Part shown: piece by piece, positions 37,475 to 51,090 of the stretch
Layout: each line of letters begins with the position of its first letter
How positions within the stretch are numbered: the first letter of the stretch is position 1
NCBI GenBank assembly: GCA_973895155.1
Contig: OZ316892.1
Location: forward strand, 27,428,307-27,492,306
Direction: 5' to 3'
Length of the DNA stretch: 64,000 nt
Origin: Marsupella aquatica
Taxonomy: Eukaryota; Plantae; Marchantiophyta
Made by a program: the position numbers and the translations under genes
Notes under the pieces: generated by a model
Database searches by the model: none
Seen by the model: the letters and a program-made list of their open reading frames with translations, nothing else
What the model was told of the DNA's origin: nothing

Positions 37475-40400
37475 CCGTGGCGGGCGGGCCATCTTTTTGT
37501 CCTACACCTTTGTGGCTGGTGTGGAGCATGCTGAAGCGCGTGGAGTTTTTTAATTAATTATTGGTCTAAGCAATTTGTGGCTACAGGTTTCAATCGGGAT
37601 CAACCACAATTGCAGCCAGTAGATTGTGGCGTAGAGATCGTGTTATCTCTTAACTCTTTACCATTGACAGTCATCTCGTTCCCGCTCTTTCTGTGCTGGA
37701 ACAGAGTATTTGTATTTTCCCGATGCTTGCATTCCGCTGGCCCCTCCTATTGTGTTTTCTTTCTTGGGTTCCCTTTATTACTCCTCGTTCATGCGGATCA
37801 TCATGTCTGCTCACGTAGTTACTGATGTCGACTGTCTCCACCGTGGACTAATAATGGGTAGCGAGCTTATTTCTCGCCAATGGTCAAATGACCTCTGCCA
37901 ATTCCTTGTAATAACTATTCGTGCTTTGCTTTAACTGTTCGTCTTTAGCCATGCATATTACTTTATAGGGTGGAGGTCGCCTGGTTGGATCTGGTTGGTG
38001 CGTGGGCCCCTTTTGAACTCTCAGGAGCATAACTTTACACCGACGGAGCTGCTATCTTTCTACTTGAAGCTCCGACGACTCACAATCAAGGATGATGATG
38101 CAGGAAGGTCCTTTTTCGCTGCTCTAAGGGCCACACGTTGTGTAAAAGCGACAGCCATGGAGGAAAACCTGACCCCACTCTCTTGCTCTTATGGTTTAGG
38201 TCCCTTTTACTATATGTTTGCTCTTTGGCTGGAGCGCTTCGACTACATAATCTACAGTAATGAATCACAACGGCTAACGGGGTGGGTTACACAGTCATCT
38301 GCTCAATCTACTGTAATTGGAATCCAATTGAGGGCTCAACTCGTGAGGAGACTACGACCATAGATCGATACCCTCCGCAATAATTCTGACCTGCAACTCG
38401 CCCACTCGTCTACCTACGAAAGGAGAAATTTGATTCTCCCGACCGAGGCAAGCTTCTTTCGTTCTTTCAGTGCATTCCTACTAGATAGCCACCGTAACAT
38501 ATCCTATTCCTAGTCTCGTAGCCCCTCAACATCAGGTTTCCGGGCAAATTGGGTTGCGATGGATTTGATTGCAGCCATTCCGAGACAACTGCTGGTGAAC
38601 TGATGTTCTCCTCTTTTCCACTGTTCTGGACCGACATGGGCTGCTCTGGAGTTCTGGAGTAGTGGAATCAGGAATGATTTCCCTTCCCGACCCAGAAATT
38701 ACTCGTCGACTGTGTAGTGTAGGTTGCTCGGGTGACAAACATGTCTAGGCTAGACCAGGCTGTAATGTAACAAGAGCTGAGACCAGAGCCCAGATGAGAC
38801 ATGGCACGGGGATAGAATCGAGACTCGGCTGTGGCCGAGGGACACGATCATTCAGTTTGTCCTCCCACCCGCCCAGGACAACTGGACAAGTGCCAATTGG
38901 ATGGACGATCGAGCGATTGTCCCATCCACCAACCGTCCCACCAAACCACTACCTCTCTACCTGTGGCGCTTTATCATCACCTTAGTGGGCAGGAGAAATC
39001 CTCGCTAGCCCAAAGAAGCGAAGAATGATGATCAATCAAATAAAAAAGTTGAAAGAAACGGAGAATGATGATGAATCAAATTTCAGCGGAGGAAGAGATC
39101 CGGGGACGAGAGTCCGGAAGCTAGTGGAGTGGGGTGAGAACTGGGTGACTGGGTGAGAGCTGGGTAGCTGCGTGCGTGGATGGCAGACACGAGGGATTCG
39201 CACGTTTGGGTTTCGTCGACGCGTCTCATGATGCTCATCATTAGGAGCTGAAGGACAGGCAGTTCGTGGAGTTTGCTGTCCGAGCGAGCTGAGCCCGCAC
39301 TTCCAAGCTTTGAAGGAATGTGAAGATCCGATACTTTTCAATTGGGATTTGAAAGGGTTGGAGTTTGATGGCTTCTGCCTAATTGATTAACCTCAACGAC
39401 AGCTTAAGTACATAATCGAAGAAATATCTCAAGTACTGTTTGTCTCGGGTTTTTCCTCTAAATTCATGTCATTGAACCAGAAATGCATGTTTTTATAGCC
39501 CATCGTACTTATTCTTTGAACATGAGTAGGGACTAGAATAAAAATGTCACAACATATATTCATTATTCACATTATTTGAAGGTTAATTAAATGATAAAAA
39601 TTAATAATCATATATAACATACCATATTCTTTTTTATTCACATATGTTATAGTGGCTATAAAATGTATTTTTTAATGTGCAAAAAATATACATACTTATC
39701 ATTTGACATATATTATCATGAGTTTCATATTCACATGATGAACCATGGAATTGTTGTCTAGAGGTTTCATTCTAGAAGCCTAGACTTCAACTCTAGATTG
39801 TAGTTGGTGATTTATAAGTAAGATAGAAAGTTTGAGTATAATAAAATAATCTTGATCATTAAAGATTGTCCAATTTGTTTTATCTAAGCAAAAAGAAACA
39901 ATCTCAATGCTCCAATTAGGATGCTCCAATAAGGGAAAATTGGATGGTTGAGAATTCATGCGATGATGTCAATTATTCACAAATTTTTCAGATTTACCAA
40001 GGTCACTAATTGGACCCTTAGATAATTGGATCTAAATTTGACTTGGGTTTATTGCTCATTAAAATAAATTTTGTCCATTTGTGATTTGAATTGTGGCTCA
40101 AATTCAATGTTTTAATGTTTAAAAATGAATAAATTATTCATTTGCAAAGATTCCTTTACAACAAAGGCAAAGTGCACCTTCCTTCCCTCACCTGCTCAGC
40201 CTCAATCACACAAAATATACTGAACCCCTTGTAATAAAAACTTATTTCTCACAATCTGGGTCTACAAGCTCTCTCATAGTCAAACAATACGTTGTCCATC
40301 ATCCACTGCAGCTCCACTAGCCCCACAACTAGCAGTTGCTCATGCACAATTTCCACCCAACAATTACATCACTACATCAATCACTCCAATTGCTTGCTCC

Positions 40401-41563
40401 ACCTAACATATATTGTTGCCTGCGCATAACTAATTCTCCACAAGACAAACAATCTGTTACATATCTCCAATTGGTTCACCCAGCGATTCCATCATGCCCA
40501 CACACAAGTGATTCTCTAAACTAGTGGTAAATCAATCCCATCCGCAAACTCCAATCTAGAAAAACTTACACACAGTCAAACTTACTTCACCTCTAACATA
40601 GAGGAGTATGGAGCATAAGAGCATGCACACAATAATTGAAGCCCGATAAGGCTCAGCTTTAGAAAATGAACCCACCAAGCCAAGTCTCCCAAGCTATAGT
40701 TGCCCTACTGTGCTAAAGGGAGACAAGCTAACACAACCCAATGGGAGCATGGATCAACTCATCCATGTGAACACTCAAGTCACCCTAGTATGATGACTTG
40801 CTTGAATAGGTCAACAACTCAAAGAGCCCAAGTACTGTAAGAAGACTACACTAGCCCAAAGTCTATAACTTAAGACACTTCTCTCTAGTGTTATAATCTG
40901 ACATTATTTTTAGTTAATTGTTAAACTCTAACACTTTTGTAATATCCCAGTAGATTGAGTCAAAGGCAACTTAGCAACTTATTGTCTTGGTGGGCCCCAA
41001 TGGCAAAATCACTGACCTGCAAACAAAGAAACCAATTTGCACTCAAGGTCCAGAAATGTCTCTGATGATTCTTCTCGTGATTCTTAGGATGGATGAGGTT
41101 GCCCAGCTGTATTAGCTGTTCCATGTCAAGACAGTAGACATGTCAACCATCATCCAAATTAAACAATCAACAAAGCTCAAAGATGGAAATGACCAGGGGG
41201 GAACACTCCATGGCTTCACCTTACAATTAAGTTTACATATAATTTAGGTGTTTCTCTCTTGTGTTGTGAGTCCTGATGAATAGTCCTTAGATATGTTAGA
41301 AGGAAAAAGGATACAAAGACTAAAATTAGCATGTACCACAATAGACCGGTGCCTTGAATCAACTTCTTTTGAGTTGGATTTCTCTGCAAATGCTCAATAT
41401 TTCAAGATTCACTTTAGCTCATTAGTAAGGAGTTGAATGAACTTTCCAGCAAACCCAATTTTGCTCAATTCCCGTCACATTTGTAAACATTACAAGTGGG
41501 GTTACAAGCACCAAAAGCAAGATAGATTTCAATACCTTCTCATCTCAGTTAGACAACCTTGTC

Positions 41564-41906
41564 TGTTAGGCATTTACTCTTAGGTCTAGAGTTACGATTG
41601 TAACCGTAATTAGATTGACCGTAGTCTTGGACTTGGTTGGGTTAACTACGCTGCATTCTATATACAGAAGCAAGTGTTTGCTTGTGAGAAGTAACTCAAG
41701 CTCATTGTTACAGAGCCACTTGAGAGATAGGGAGAACTTATGACGCAGAGATTTGGTATGGCTGATAGACCTAGAGTGGAGTAAAACTTTTGTGGGGTCC
41801 CGTGGACCTAGCCTCATTAGAGATGGGTCGTATACCTCTTTGTCTTGATTACTTGTTTGTTGGATAATCATGTGCATGTCGTTGCAAGTTACGTCTTTGC
41901 TCAACA
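41564..41906 (+). mobile_element. Solo LTR closely related to the copia at 2169-7255
   Basis: Starts TGTTAGGCATTTACTCTTAGGTCTAGAGTTACG and ends TGCTCAACA. Near-perfect TSD TTGTC/CTGTC; 343 bp. Confidence 0.88.
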
Positions 41907-43492
41907 CTGTCCTTGTTACTGTCTATATGTAGGAACCAGTGTAGATGTGGGCCAGTCAGAAGAAGTCACTAATGTGTTTCAGGATCCGTCCATCAAAGCC
42001 AAGAGGGCCCCTAGTTTCAACTTAACATTCCTGTCTTTTGTCTTTTATAGTGTTCTTTGTGACATATTAGACACGGCTAAGATTGAAGAAAGGGACAAGA
42101 TGTCCTAGTGGTGAATTTGTAAACATAACATGGCCCCTTTCCCTTCACATATCTCCAACAAGAAAGTAAGTCCAAAAGAAAGAAACAAAAAGCAATTCTA
42201 CTCACATGGCTGTCAATCAACATGACATGTGAGGGGCCACAGATTTCAAGCATTATGCTCTAGGAGTTGGCTAAGGATTGCAATGTGGACCGTCTTTGAT
42301 CTGTAATTTCTAGATGATGAACTTGTAATATGTAATCATTTCTTAGAAAGGACAGGGCCCGTCAATACCATGCAAGGGGACAAAAGTCACCCAAGAAAGC
42401 GAACAAAAGCTGCACGCACCAAGAGAGCCAATGCTCTGGTTTACTATGTAGCATCCTAATCGGTTCTCCCTAAAACTGTAAGAAATAGAATTCTCCTCGG
42501 CTCTCAGGGTACAATTCTTTCAGTAAACATTTGTGGAAAGTGAAAGGCTAGCAAAAACCCAGGCTTGTACTGTTCCACAAGTCTCTAAGAAGATAGAATT
42601 GTCTCAATTGAGGAAAACTAAATCTACTTCCTTCCATAAGATCGGTTCCACATGTTCCTCTCATCCCTTCAAGATGAATCTTGGTTGCTCAAAGTGCTTC
42701 TCAAACTTGGCAGTTGGATGCTTCAAACTTCTCAATGACTGAAACATGTAACTCGTCATACTTTTCGTTACGATTATTCTAAGAGAGGTACAATTCAGAT
42801 GAGAGGGTAACGGCCGGAAGGCTGAACATGGCAGCATCATAATGAGCACATGGGGTTGACATGTCATGTGTGAAATGATCCGAGTTAACAGAGCAAATGA
42901 TGGGACAACTAAAATCAAACATCACGAACAAGAAATTATAGCTTCGACCATCACTGGCAAGGAAGTCATCATAGTTAAGTACACAGATTTATCACACAAC
43001 AATAAACGTTCTGTAACACCTCAGGTATCTAAATCAATCCCCCTCTCTGGTGTAGGAAGGGGGTGTGAGTGCTTGTTGGTGGTTCTGGCCTTTTGCCGCG
43101 CAGATGACATAATTGCTGATGAAGTCATCCCGGGCCAAAAAAGAAATTTGAATCTGCACGCCTGGACACTTCTACATGTGATAAGCAATCACATGAGCGT
43201 CAAACTAGGCTTCAAACTATAATTAAAAACTTGTGCTGAAGGCATCTTTGATGTGAAGGTCTAACCAGTATGGCGTGGAAAGACATTCATGTGGCATGAA
43301 AGGTAAACGAACATTTACCAGGACCTGCCAATTCTTATTCTGTACAGCTGTATCGAGTAGACAAGGTCACAAGGAACTGAACCAACATACTAGGTCCATT
43401 GGAACTAATTTAAGATACCCAAGATCTCAGAGATTCTTTGTTCTGTGAAACAAATGAGAGTCACAGGATATTAGACATGTAACAGTTGCCTG

Positions 43493-46400
43493 CTAAAGCC
43501 CTCCATCTTGGAAATGTGGAATTCTCTCTCCTTCTGAAGCAGCCGCAGAAGCATAAATTTGCTGCAGTTGCCGAGTAATGGGCCCCACCTTGCCATCACC
43601 AATCGTTCGACCATCAATCTCCACCACCTGCAAAGTTACAGTAGTCAACTGGAGAACAGTCGCTTGCTATGACCAATTAAAGAAATAAAAGTATCAAACT
43701 CAATCTGTAGCAGCAATGCCATAAACTTCAATTAAACTTACAGGACTTAGTTCACCCATGGTTCCTGTTGTCCACACCTGTATGACATTTGAGAGCGTGT
43801 GAGTCAGCATCGAGGGAACCAGTTTCAAAGCGAATTCCAGAATGGCGTGGAAACTTCCTGTCGGTAATTTCTCTGCCACCTGACAACCTTCTAGACGTCA
43901 AAGGAAGATTGTAACTTGTATCACAGCCTTCAGATTTATTATTGCAGTGTTTCATGAAAGTCTGGCTGATGTGCGTGAGAAATGTTTAGTGAGGAGAGTG
44001 AGAGTGGTGCAGCTACAAGGGGCCTGTGTGTTCTGGTTGTTTCCCTTGAGACCTCGTCAGGGCATGCGGCTTGAACCGAGGGTTTTGTTGACTCTCAAAG
44101 TTTCAGGTACCGGGCAAGTGCGGAGGACACGAGGCTTTGCGGGTGCTGTGAAAATGGGCACTGAGGAACTGGAGAGTTATGACCAGAATTTGAGGAGCAC
44201 TTGCAAGGGGAGTGATTAGGTGCGTCTCTTTTCTGAGTGCTAAGACGTGAGTTACAGGAGACGTTTCCATTTGATTGCTCGGATGATTGTAGCAAAACTG
44301 AAACAAAACACGAGAGAAGAGAGATGTCATTGTTGGTTCCCTAGCGAAGAGTCATGTAGGGGTTGAAGCTGCTTCTGCGCAAAGGTCAGCATCCAAATAT
44401 CCATGTCATGGGAAACCTTGAAAGGTGCTGCAGAAGCAGACCCCGACCATCGTTTCGATCAAAGAATGACATTTACCTCATCTGCAACATGGAATTCTGT
44501 CAGGCTAATTCGACGTTCCTCGAATGGAATAGCAGCCTTGGTTACCAATCCAATGACCTGTAAGATAACAAGAGTACCGTAAGTATAACAACTAGATATT
44601 CCACACATGGTGGAGTTGTCTTGGCCGCATTTTGCTAACTATAATCAATGTTCAAGATACAATTCATTCGATATGCACACCACTAGATGAAGATTTTCAG
44701 CAGTCAACAACAGGCCAATCGCACTAAGAAGGGCCACTATTGCCTAAACTGGAATCGTAAGATATGGAAAAGTGTGGAACGCTTACAGTGGCTCGAGTAA
44801 TTCCAGGAAGGCAGTGATCTGCGTGGGGTGTCAAAACACGTCCTTTCTTGACCATGAACTGTCAGGAAGCGAACACAGCTTACCAACTAAACATAGTTTC
44901 ATGACAAGGGATAGGAAAGCAGGAAGGAGGAGGTCTTTGCATGAATAATTATAGACCTGAACAAAGGACATTCCATAACACGCTCATTTACTCACAAGAT
45001 TCGTAGCATTTGTCTCAGAAACAAAACCGTCACAATCAAGCATTATTGCATCATCCACCCCAGCCAAGTTTCCCTCCACCTGCATCAGATTAAGTTTAGA
45101 AATCACTACACAATTGTATACGATTTACAGACTAATTATCGTCAGTCGAAGTCTGCCAACAGAAAATCAGCAAGAAAATGTCAGGTTACATCCCATACGG
45201 CGAAATGTTTTTGTTTAGATCCTGTTGCCATCGAATGGGCAGCTCTGATTAGCGGGAAGACGATGATCAACCATTACTCTAAGAACGTGGCATCTCCATG
45301 GGGCGCTATTCTGTACTCGCTCATTACCACATCCGCCAGGAACATGATATAAAAGGAGGAGAGCTACCTTCCAAAGAAAAAAAAAAAAAAAAATCCAAGG
45401 AAAAGGAGGAGAGCTACCTTGGCAAGAATGTTGTTGATCAGATTATTGTGATGTATCTTGGAGTCCAGGCACTGTCATCGACCAAACTTTTGATCAATAA
45501 GAGCATTTGGTCAGGTGATGGGATTGAAGGACTGCTTCTACTCCTATGAATAATTAAAGGTAGCCAATTTACAAGACACTTGTTAAATACATAGAAAGAC
45601 AGATGGTGTAGAGCAAAGTTACATTCGGTGAATTGCGCCGTGTAGAGGCGGTGATAAGTCTGATACCAGATGTATTGTCATAAACAGGAGGTTTCCACTC
45701 AGCAACAACTGCATGTAAGAACAGAAGTTAATACTTGCACTTCGTGAGGACTGACATTTTAGGAGACAATATTAAGAGTAGCATTCGTTTTTCTGAAAGC
45801 ACTGTAGAAGTGCTATCAATGAACATCGACTTACAATGTGCATTTCGGCACAAGCTACATCAAGCCGAGCTCTGAAGATTTCTTACCCAGGAGATTGGAA
45901 CCATACAGATTGAAACCAGGACTCATTCCAGACGTGACCTGCAATCCAGACAAATTAAAGCTGATTATCATGTAGAAGTAGCCACATACTTTCGAAAGAG
46001 CTATGACTAGGAACTCTTCATTCAACTGTTAGTTTTGGTAACAGGGCTCATTGGTGATTTCACATCACATTAAAAAACTCACTTCTCGAAACAGTTCAGG
46101 AATACATATATAATAGGTGTCACATAAACAGAGTGTGGCGGTTTTGACTTAATAGAACTGGTGATGTACTCTCCATTTCTAAACATGCAAAATTGAAAGA
46201 AACTACTCTTAGTCATTCTTTTTTATTCTCTCTCTTAGTCATTGGCTTAAGAGATAGTTTGTGGAAAGTCGTCCGGGGCATGTGTGGGGCCCTTACTATA
46301 CGACTTCCCATCCCTAGTCGGGCAAAACTCCGAACATACTCTACACTAGTTGACAATTATTTGGTCTGTAACACTAACTGCAATCACGAATACTTCCTAA

Positions 46401-49400
46401 CGATGAACCTGGATGTTGACATGCTCTTTATTTCCAGAAAGCTCTTAGTCAGATGACATACCTTCTTTCCTCGAGTAAGTGTGAGTCGGATATGAGCAGA
46501 GTCTCTCATGCCATTCACAATCAAGGTGGAGAATATTGCATTCTTGACCTGACAATTATAATAGCCAGACACACGCAACTTTTGTCATCATACTTGCGAA
46601 AGATACTCATTTCAAGTATCAAAGTGATAACATTAACTTGTTTGCAAGCATATAGCATCAACATAGAGTATTCATGGCCCCCTCTAGCAAAGAGCTTGAT
46701 TCTTGCATCTATTGTGCTGAAGAAGCCATTTGAGGCTTGTCAGGACAAAGGATTCATTTCTCAGCTTAGGATGTAGATAGAAATCTGCTCTGGTCGAGTT
46801 ATCTAAGCTATTTATTCAACAATTGGAGCTATGTCACTATTAGCTTAAAATTCAATAGCTACAGCCCATGCCAAGGGAATACTCCAAGTATCCTCCCTAC
46901 ATAATTTGAACGTTCCTGTATATAGAACTTGGAAGTACTTAGAATAGCAGGCTGGGAGTATAAGGCCGGGAAAAAACAAGATGTATATACCTCAGTGTGG
47001 CTTGGAACACTAGTGAAAGCCATTGCTTTCGCAGAGTCAAATAATCTGCAAGACCGAAGAAACAGAAGATTTGTCTCTGACCCATTGACTTCAAACTAGC
47101 CAGTGTTCAACCTCTTCTACCTCAAACGAAAAAATCTTGTAAAGGTTTCAAGCTTTCTGGACAAGGTAACCATGGAAAATGAAGCATGAACATAGTAAGT
47201 CTGCAAAAAGCGAGACTCAAGTCTTACATTGTAGGCGATAGCTCATGCAAAGAATTTCGATCATAAGGGTTGGTACCTGTCTAGATGCTCGTCAAGTTTG
47301 AAGATTTTTCCTTTATAGATCCGAAGTCCCTCCCAGACACCATCCCCTCCTTGTACTATCGAGTCAAATACAGACACCTGCAATGTACCAAAATGATCAG
47401 GGCTAACTGGTGTGAATATCTCGTAGTGTTTAAAATATCAAGTTTACCCACGAGACACAAAAAGTGCATACGACAGGCCCAAAATATTCACAAGTACAGG
47501 GTATCTTCATTCCCAGCTATTACAAATCTCATTGGATTTTAGCAGACATTGATTCTTTGGTAAGTACCTTGGCATTGTCACGAGGAACTAGCTGATCATC
47601 GACCCAGATAAGCAACTTCTTGTTAGCTGCAACTGGCAAAGGAGGAGGAACCGATTCAGACGAAGTAGGTCGCAGGGCATGACGTTTGAGAAGGTTGAAA
47701 AAGGGCTGACAACATTCCAGTAAGCTGTACAGTTTCATTGGAAACGGCTGCTCATCCAACGACTCCAAAGCATTAAAATTAGTTTCAATAGCACTAAAGT
47801 ACAAGTCACAGGACCAGGAACCACATGCACTGCATGCATGGCCACTTCAAATCAAAGATGGGCGCCATGTTGAAGACTTAATAGGGAATGAATCAAATAT
47901 GAAGCAATTGTATTTGGCACTCGGATGGGAAAATAACATACTTTGCCCAGGCGGAGGGGAATGCTAACTATAAATGTTCATTAGGTTCTCCACCCTGAAG
48001 TAAATGTGAAGTAGACTGAAATATGGACCTCTTATTTGATTGAGCAGAGTGGAGGGCAATAAGGAGAGCGAAACAATAATACTAACCTTCTTTGTGAAAG
48101 GTGATGGGGCTACAAATTTTGTGGTCTTGTGCACACTGGTATACCACCATGGGGCCCACATTCCATCCTCCGGTTTTGGCCCAGCTTTCCACCTGTCGAT
48201 TGTTCGATTAGATAATCACGATAACAAAGATGGCATATTACGAGCAGGTACAGTAGATAGTATCAAAACATTACAAAATACATCCTGTTTACAAGATCGT
48301 GACGATCGTGACTCCTTTATGTGGACAACGATTGCAAGAATATGCCGCTTAGAAACCACCCATTGCAATGATGTTGACGGTAGTAATGCATACTCCAGCA
48401 TTGATGCCTGAAATGGGATGGATAGAGCTGCACAGAGAGACCTCAGGGTACCCTGCAAGAAGACAGTATGGGTGAGAGCAGTTATTTTGTCTCCCATCAT
48501 GAAATACGACAAAAGGGTTTAGGGGGTAAGCATACCTCTGGATGTCGCTGTAAATCCTTTGCATCTACGACCGGTGGCGGATGGCCCAATGCTAAGAGTT
48601 CCATATAGATGTTCAAAAGAGGTGATACTTCCATCTCTTGCAGAGAAGCAGGTATAACATTTTCGAATGAAGCCTGGTTTAAAACGAGCAAAATCAAACA
48701 GTAAGTTACAATTTGAAACAAATTTTGACGTGGCCCCAATTCAATGTGCTTCACGAAAAAGAAATTCCCAGTTTGATCTCTAGAATGTAAAGCTTCCACG
48801 CAATGTTCTCTATTTTCAAGAGTCCTCGTACTGAAATTTATTAAAAGGGAAAACTCCAGAACGGTGGGAATACAGAAAAAAGATACACAGCTGACGTTCG
48901 ATAATATTACTAGAACAATACTGATTTGTTGATTAAGGATTCGGTGACTGTGATAGTCAGTGAGCTATCCAAAGAAAGCAGCAAGAAATCAAAGATACAA
49001 CTTGGACAGTAACTCTCGTTTGGACCACATACTACAAATAGATGCAGGTCAATCAAATATAGATGGATAAAATGAAATAATAGGATGGAACATGAGTCCA
49101 TACAAGAGACTCCAGGGGGTCCCTGATGAGAATGACATTCTTGCTAAAGGAGAGATCTGAAGTCATGTAAGACGTGCGATGCTTGGCCATATGCTGCACA
49201 CAACTCCATCAAATTAGTTGCCGCAACCATGAAGATGGAATCAGATATCTACACAATTGCTCTTTAAAAACAATATGAAGTGGAGGTTTCATAGACCATT
49301 CAGCTTGAGGCAAGTAGTCAATGATTATCTTCAAGAGTGACGTAGGCATCAGACAGACTATGGGTTCGTCACACTGAAAGGTTGGGAACGAACGAGGCCC

Positions 49401-51090
49401 CAACATAAGCTACAGCATTTTGAACGCTCATGGCGAGCAGTACACCTTGCAAAAACGATATCTTGATGAAGAAGGCCGATTGATGATGTTGTCAATAACT
49501 TGGTTGCCATCTTTTTCCTGCGCAAGTGGGTCAATCAAAATTGAGAGAGACGGACGCCAACGAGTGAGAGGATAATGGGGAATTTTATTTTCTTTGTCTC
49601 TATTTGTTAAGAAACACTTCTGCAAGTTACATTAAGGATTCCTGTGAAGCGCAATCAGACTATGGCTATGGTTCGAAAATCATTAAAAAAGACTAGAATC
49701 AACTCGTTATAAAGACAGGGAAACATTTCTGGATCACATTCAGGGGAATCTGGAATTCAATCATCCAGCCCACTGTAATACTTGTTTAGGAAGCCAACTT
49801 ACGTACAGGTCATCTAACACTTGTTCTCTCTGTCCTTCCTTTTGCCCACAGGCAGACATGTAACACATGCCGAACGAAAACAAGCAGTGAAATGAACTGA
49901 ATCGATTCCAAAATAATGCCTTGTAAATTACTCTCCCGTGCAGTTGCCTAGTACGAGTGTAATGGACAGGCTTTTATCAGCTGGTCGGACAGCACTGGCG
50001 CCATGGAAATATCCCCAATTACCTAGTCACCACACTGCGAGGGTCAAGGGAGGGAGGACATACGCCAGTTGCTAGGAGTTCGTCACGATAAGGCCGCTCT
50101 GCTCCTGTGACGTGCAAATAATGTGGATAAAGAGGTTCATCAAGTACCTCTGTATCATCCCTCTGCAAAAGAGTCAGCGAATGAATGAATTTAGGAGACA
50201 ATCCACATTCGAGGATAATCCTAGACACGTACTTGTAGTGCTCTCAACATAATGTTTAGATGAAAACAAGACCTCGGTGAAGGCATGGAAAAATTTCTGT
50301 ACCCGCAACAGTGATTGGAGAACATAAGAACTAGGCGTAGATATGGCAGGCTTTTAATGAGGACACTCACGAAGTACCGTAACAGAATAGCGAGCGTTCG
50401 TCTTTGGAGAGGATCTTGCAAATTGTGGCACAAAACAATATACTTCCATCTTTATGTGATATTTAGAAAATAATCTGTCTGTCATAACATTGTCGGATGT
50501 GCATCATGTCTTCGTTGATTCAAATCCTTCATTCATCATCATTCACATCTTCGAAAAAGATCTTACGTTTAAGCTGTTTTCTCAAATTGACATAGCACAA
50601 CGCAGAGCCTGTCCATAAATCACTTCCAGTACTCGGCTTACCGCGGCGACGACAAGATAGTTTCAGCTCAATAACATTCCAGGCATTAAGTGAGGTTATG
50701 TGCAATGAGTCGATGTGTGAAGAGGCAGTAGCCTACACAATCCGAATTGAACTATTTTACTTATAGCCTTGCTATCGGGATTTTCCGAGACGAGCAATGA
50801 CAGTAAAGAGGAAATGAATCCGCTACCATATTATTCCAGGCTCTCGCTAAAAAGTGACGCATCACCGCCCTGTTTACATCGAAACATCGATGGTGGACAA
50901 GCAAGAGAGCAGGAGAATTGTCCGTATTCATAGAGAGCAGGGGAGCAAGGACCTGCGCAAAGGAGTACATGAGGCTGGTACTCAGTGATCGAGGTCCGGA
51001 CCACAGGTTGATAACCTCCACCCGTCCTTCCTCCTGTTTTGACAATTTGGAAGTGTCATCTTTCGACGGCTGCTCCGAGCCCAGAGTCAT
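43493..51090 (-). CDS. Branched-chain aminotransferase-like protein: N-terminal sulfotransferase/P-loop-like domain fused to a class IV PLP aminotransferase (At5g27410/At3g05190-like), 19 exons, ~574 aa
   Basis: Exons 51090-50953, 50162-50064, 49517-49446, 49193-49104, 48673-48536, 48452-48394, 48192-48087, 47747-47568, 47377-47277, 47045-46991, 46548-46462, 45938-45887, 45708-45623, 45471-45418, 45079-44996, 44858-44787, 44557-44477, 43777-43742, 43627-43493. All GT-AG with consistent phases. Motifs WSGPRSLSTSLMYSF, GDGVWEGLR, LPGITR, TGTMGEL, IDGRTIGDG. Confidence 0.93.

Noticed and set aside
40140-40935. Possible additional reverse solo LTR
   Set aside because: Texture is LTR-like but no paired TG/CA ends with a TSD could be identified.
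42200-43400. Exon-like segments downstream of the BCAT-like stop
   Set aside because: Some AG/GT-bounded pieces exist, but the frames are broken by stops and no family is recognisable.
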